A stretch of DNA of 62,223 nt, counting the filler, from an uncultured bacterium (GTDB lineage: Bacteria > CAZSTA01), in assembly GCA_964609495.1 (NCBI GenBank). It is 4 parts of 4 records of this genome, joined end to end, with 100 filler letters (N's around TTAATTAATTAA, not from the genome) between each part and the next. Parts side by side here need not be neighbours in the genome. Positions count along the whole stretch, not along the records: positions 47,180 to 62,223 come from CAZSTA010000079.1; 3 more parts are not named here. The stretch is one strand, 5' to 3'. Numbering within the stretch: the first letter of the stretch is position 1; each line of letters starts with the position of its first letter. Below are positions 58,404 to 62,223 of this stretch, piece by piece. A model generated the notes under the pieces. That model was not told the origin of the DNA. It was given only the letters and a program-made list of their open reading frames with translations, and searched no databases. The position numbers and the translations under genes were made by a program.

Positions 58404-58748
58404 TTATCCACTCCGATGTTTTCGCTTAATGATAGGACCGATGATTCGGTAGGCGAGCCTACTCTCCCCTCGACCATACGACATAGGTGAACCAAGATGT
58501 GCCCCACAATGGGGACAGTTTAGCTGAGGCATATCATTTGGACTTTGCCAGTCTGGAGAGACAAACTTGGACATAAAGGGTGAGGCAATAATGCGATCTA
58601 GATACATTCTAAATAGATGCCCAGGTCCATCTTTCTGATAGGTCCAAAGAAACCCTTTACATTCTCCGCAATAGATATCAAGGAACGTAGAGGCGCCTCC
58701 TCTCTTTTTGCGGAATCGATCCCTTTTAGGCTTAAGCCTCTTACTCAT
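58404..58748 (-). CDS. Small basic Zn-binding hypothetical protein
   Basis: CGEC...YQKDGPG.L.RMYLDRI...CPHC. Confidence 0.65.
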   Translation of the reverse strand: MSKRLKPKRDRFRKKRGGASTFLDIYCGECKGFLWTYQKDGPGHLFRMYLDRIIASPFMSKFVSPDWQSPNDMPQLNCPHCGAHLGSPMSYGRGESRLAYRIIGPIIKRKHRSG

Positions 58749-58766
58749 AGCTTATCTCTCCCTGCT

Positions 58767-58866
58767 NNNNNNNNNNNNNNNNNNNNNNNNNNNNNNNNNN
58801 NNNNNNNNNNNNNNNNNNNNNNNNNNNNNNNNNNNNNNNNNNNNNNNNNNNNNNNNNNNNNNNNNN
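58767..58866. other. 100-N scaffold gap without linker
   Basis: Run of Ns only. Confidence 0.95.
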
Positions 58867-58965
58867 CTAGTGCCTTCATCAGAGCGTCCCTTGCTTACTG
58901 AGTATGGATTATATCTGATCACCTCTAAACCTCCCAAAACTGTCGAAGAAGCGCTCGATCTTCGG

Positions 58966-59889
58966 TTATCTTCCTCCTATTAGCACCTCAATGTCATAAC
59001 TTCTCAGATCATCAGCTAACTTCTCCATGTGTTCCTTCTTCGGAGATAATAATCCTTTCAAGGGATATGGTCGTCCTAAACGGCGATATTTATCCTCGGC
59101 TAGACGATGATAGGGGAGTAGCTCTATCTTGGGATCGCCTTTTAGATTCTCGACAAATTCTCCTAATCTTCTTATATCCTCATCCGAGTCATTATAACCA
59201 GGCACTATCGGGGCTCTGAATATTACGGCTTTTCCAATGTCGGTTATAACTTTGGCGTTATTTAAGATCAACTCGTTGGGGACTCCGGTGAATTTCAGAT
59301 GTTTATCGGGGTCTAGGCACTTTAGATCGTAGAGGACTAAATCCACATACTCCAATAGTCCCTTTAGAATACCCTCTCGAACATATCCACTCGTATCAAT
59401 CACCGTATGTAAATCTCCCTCCTTACATTCCTTCAATAGCGCTAGGGAAAACTCCTTCTGATAAGCTGGTTCACCGCCCGATAGGGTAACTCCCCCTCCC
59501 GAGGTCTCATAGAAGGTTCTATCCTTCTCTACTTCAGTTATCACTTCCCCAACGGTCATCCGCTTGCCGACTATGGTTAAAGCCTCGGCATCGCATACCC
59601 TGGCACATCTTCCGCAAACATTACAGAGCGCTCGGTCAATTATATGCTCCCCATTGGATATCTTATGAGCGCCGGTGGCGCAAACTTCGAAACAATTGCC
59701 ACAGTCGATACACCTACTCTCAAAGAAGAAAAGCTCTTGCATCTTCCTAATCGATTCGGGATTATGACACCAAAGGCACCGCAAGGGACAGCCCTTCAAG
59801 AATACAACGGTTCTTATCCCTGGGCCATCGTGAACCGCGAATCTCTCTATATCGAAGATCATTCCTCTTATTTCATCGCTGTCCGACAC
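58966..59889 (-). CDS. Glycyl-radical enzyme activating radical SAM protein with ferredoxin insert
   Basis: HDGPGIRTVVFLKGCPLRCLWCHNPES; two CxxCxxCxxxC motifs; GGVTLSGGEP; ELLPYH. Confidence 0.93.
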   Translation of the reverse strand: MSDSDEIRGMIFDIERFAVHDGPGIRTVVFLKGCPLRCLWCHNPESIRKMQELFFFESRCIDCGNCFEVCATGAHKISNGEHIIDRALCNVCGRCARVCDAEALTIVGKRMTVGEVITEVEKDRTFYETSGGGVTLSGGEPAYQKEFSLALLKECKEGDLHTVIDTSGYVREGILKGLLEYVDLVLYDLKCLDPDKHLKFTGVPNELILNNAKVITDIGKAVIFRAPIVPGYNDSDEDIRRLGEFVENLKGDPKIELLPYHRLAEDKYRRLGRPYPLKGLLSPKKEHMEKLADDLRSYDIEVLIGGR

Positions 59890-59918
59890 TTAGATCACTC
59901 CTAGATAACAATTTAGCC

Positions 59919-59973
59919 AGTTCAAGATATAATTCTCCCTCATCTTGTCCCTCTTCCACAAGGGGAGAGGGAA
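59919..59973. repeat. Single degenerate hairpin-core repeat
   Basis: gttcaagatataattctccctcatc..ccctcttccacaaggggagaggg, matching the start of the family D core. Confidence 0.6.
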
Positions 59974-60006
59974 CGTATATAATCATAGCATATTGAGAGA
60001 GCGAAG

Positions 60007-61209
60007 TCAATTTTTTCTCACCTCGAAGATGAGGAAGATCGGTATCCTCTTTTCCGAATCGAACTCCGGTATGTTCTCAAAGCCTTCGAGCTTCGGTTGA
60101 GGCTCAACTACTTTTCTTATCTCAAAGCCAGCTTCGATCAGGGTATTTATATAGTCCGATAAGGTTCTATGATAAGAGCTTATGGGAGAGGAGAACCAAT
60201 TGTATATTATAAATCTTCCTGTATCGAAATATCTATCTATTATCCGATATAACTTATCCTCGACTCTAGTGCTATCCTCGGGGACCCTTAGCCATCCGCA
60301 TACGGAGGGACTGGCAAAACAGGGATGCAAAATAGAGAAGATCATCCTTCCCCCGGGCTTTAGAACTCGACATAGTTCAGCTAGAGCGCCCTTGTAATCC
60401 CTGACATCTATCAAAACAATATTAGAAATTATAACCTCAAAAGTATCTCCAGGGAATATACTCAGATCGCTTAGACTACCATTGTAATATTCTATACCTA
60501 GAGGATCTTGCCTCTCTCTTTTCCCGGCTATTTCGATGAACTTCGACGAGAGATCTACTCCAATCATCCTTGCTCCTCTTTTGGCTAGCAGTCTGCATAG
60601 GTATCCTGCTCCACAGCCTGCATCGAGGATAACTTTATTTTCAACATCCCCTAGCAAGTCGAATAAGTGGGGATCGATGATATATTGACGATTGACATCT
60701 CCGTATTCATTGTAACGCGAATCAAGATCCTCGGCTACCCTGCTCCACATCTCGTTTATATCCTTATCAGTGGTGGCCTCATCATCTTCAGGGCGAACTA
60801 ATTCTATACAAAAATGGTTTTTATAATCCTGCTTATCACTTAATCCTATTCTTTCCCTCTCCCAATCCGAGTTCGATTGCCAAGGGTGTTCTCCTAAATA
60901 CTCCAGCTTATCTAAAGCAGGATGTTTCCCTCCACATAGCTTGCATCCTAGCTCGTAAGCGTAATCCCATCCCCAAAACGGTTTGTTATCGAATACCCTT
61001 GATTCGGCACATCTATAGCAGATAAATTGTTCTTTCTCTGGACACCAAGTTATACCGTTGAAATGAAACTCTTCACCACAGATCGAACATCTGTATCTCC
61101 AGTGCCAATCGCATCTTGGGTAATTCGAATCGAGATTACGAGTAGCTTCTCTTATCGAATATTCAGGATCGTGGCTATGGATCAATTCACAATACTTACA
61201 ATTTACCAT
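60007..61209 (-). CDS. Class I SAM methyltransferase with Cys-rich N-terminal domain
   Basis: CKYC, CSIC, CYRC, CKLC; ILDAGCGAG, RVLKPGG..FSILHPCF, YHRTLSDY. Start at ATG 61209 after AGGAGG. Confidence 0.85.
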   Translation of the reverse strand: MVNCKYCELIHSHDPEYSIREATRNLDSNYPRCDWHWRYRCSICGEEFHFNGITWCPEKEQFICYRCAESRVFDNKPFWGWDYAYELGCKLCGGKHPALDKLEYLGEHPWQSNSDWERERIGLSDKQDYKNHFCIELVRPEDDEATTDKDINEMWSRVAEDLDSRYNEYGDVNRQYIIDPHLFDLLGDVENKVILDAGCGAGYLCRLLAKRGARMIGVDLSSKFIEIAGKRERQDPLGIEYYNGSLSDLSIFPGDTFEVIISNIVLIDVRDYKGALAELCRVLKPGGRMIFSILHPCFASPSVCGWLRVPEDSTRVEDKLYRIIDRYFDTGRFIIYNWFSSPISSYHRTLSDYINTLIEAGFEIRKVVEPQPKLEGFENIPEFDSEKRIPIFLIFEVRKN

Positions 61210-61244
61210 CAAAGTCCCTCCTGACCATAGTTTTTCGTGCTGTA

Positions 61245-61273
61245 TTGACATATCGCTTATTCTCTGCTATAAT
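61245..61273 (+). promoter_or_regulatory. Sigma70 promoter
   Basis: Perfect TTGACA-N17-TATAAT with TG extension. Confidence 0.8.
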
Positions 61274-61359
61274 TCAACTTGATGTTGTAATCCATATAAG
61301 TTTAGCATATTTACTGGGTGTTTTCAAGTTACAATTTTTGTTTAAGGAGAGTGATTTAC

Positions 61360-62223
61360 TTGTTAAAAACTAACAAGGATAAACTAGTGATGATGTCAGT
61401 GCAAGGAACGGTAGCTAATCCGGAGAGGCGTCAAACGTTCTTGATGGACTATGCGGGACAGCCAAGATTTTTCCCAGGTACTGGAGGAATAAGCTATAAT
61501 GTTAAAGTTGGTGATCCTGCTTTTGGATGGGCGGCAGATCACGTTGAGCCTGGTGTATCTACGACCTTAAACGAGGAGAAGAGATTTGATCCCCCAACTC
61601 GAGCTTATAACATCCTGACTTGTGTGGGGAATGAGGCTAGACTCGTATCTGGCGATGCTAAGGGGAATAAGGGGATCGTTACCGGTTTTCATGGGGGAGC
61701 AGAGCATGTTATGGTCGATTTTCCCGATGAGACTATGGGGAAGATGTCCCATGATGATAAGATCTTAATTAAGACTTATGGGCAAGGGTTAGAGCTTCTC
61801 GATTATCCTGATATAAAAGTTTATAACATCGATCCAGATTTGCTGTTGAAGCTTAGCATCGAGGAAAATGGTGATGGCACTATAACTGTTCCCATAACAG
61901 TTGAGATCCCAGGGAAGCTGATGGGCTCTGGCGTTGGTTCAACCGATGTGGGGAGTGGCGATTATGATATTATGACCGCTGATAAGAGCCTAGTTGAGAA
62001 GCATAACCTCGATAAGATCTGCTTTGGGGATTTTGTAGCTATAATGAATCACGATAACACCTATGGAAGGAGCTATAGAGAAGGAGCAATTACTATCGGG
62101 ATTGTGATTCATAGCGATTGCTGCCTCGCAGGGCATGGTCCTGGAGTAACTACTCTGCTCTCCGCCAGCAAACCCCTGATAAAGCCGAAGATAGATGAGA
62201 ACGCGAATATAGCTAAGATTATG
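61360..62223 (+). CDS. DUF4438 family protein (3' partial; absent from ORF track)
   Basis: Manual translation from TTG after AAGGAG: MLKTNKDKLVMMSVQG...PGTGGISYNVKVGD..GWAADHVEPGVS...GFHGGAEHV...MGSGVG...GDYDI...HSDC..AGHGPG. Confidence 0.85.
   Translation, partial: MLKTNKDKLVMMSVQGTVANPERRQTFLMDYAGQPRFFPGTGGISYNVKVGDPAFGWAADHVEPGVSTTLNEEKRFDPPTRAYNILTCVGNEARLVSGDAKGNKGIVTGFHGGAEHVMVDFPDETMGKMSHDDKILIKTYGQGLELLDYPDIKVYNIDPDLLLKLSIEENGDGTITVPITVEIPGKLMGSGVGSTDVGSGDYDIMTADKSLVEKHNLDKICFGDFVAIMNHDNTYGRSYREGAITIGIVIHSDCCLAGHGPGVTTLLSASKPLIKPKIDENANIAKIM

Noticed and set aside
58966-59889. Classifying the BMC as a glycyl-radical microcompartment
   Set aside because: The activase is on a different contig and no GRE is present in the BMC locus.

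Overview
Fragment of a diderm, probably anaerobic bacterial genome, likely a metagenome bin. It is at least four unrelated contigs joined by N44-TTAATTAATTAA-N44 linkers (15928-16027, 31661-31760, 47080-47179), plus one plain 100-N gap (58767-58866). Gene adjacency across linkers is therefore meaningless. Contig 1: SigB/SigF-type sigma factor, GT2/GT-C glycosylation genes, a GAF-containing RsbR-like STAS protein, gatB, dnaE and a Memo-family gene. Contig 2: a YcjNOP-like sugar ABC transporter in line with a glucosylglycerate-synthase-like GT, uvrC, and a TPR / beta-barrel / ExbB trio. Contig 3 is the most interesting. It holds a partial IscB, then an ANT(6)-like / DegT / deacetylase / MBL / MtaA operon. 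Next comes a bacterial microcompartment locus: a class II FBP-type aldolase with a Cys-rich linker and predicted encapsulation peptide, acylating aldehyde dehydrogenase, cysteine hydrolase, PduS-like protein, shell genes and a sugar ABC transporter. Contig 4: minCDE, a secreted caspase-DUF4384 protein, an orphan DNA methyltransferase, a glycyl-radical activase and DUF4438. Intergenic DNA holds nested MITE-like and palindromic repeats, and two identical SigB-like promoter motifs (GTCTAA-N14-GGGTATAA). All family calls come from motif recognition by eye; no database searches were run.
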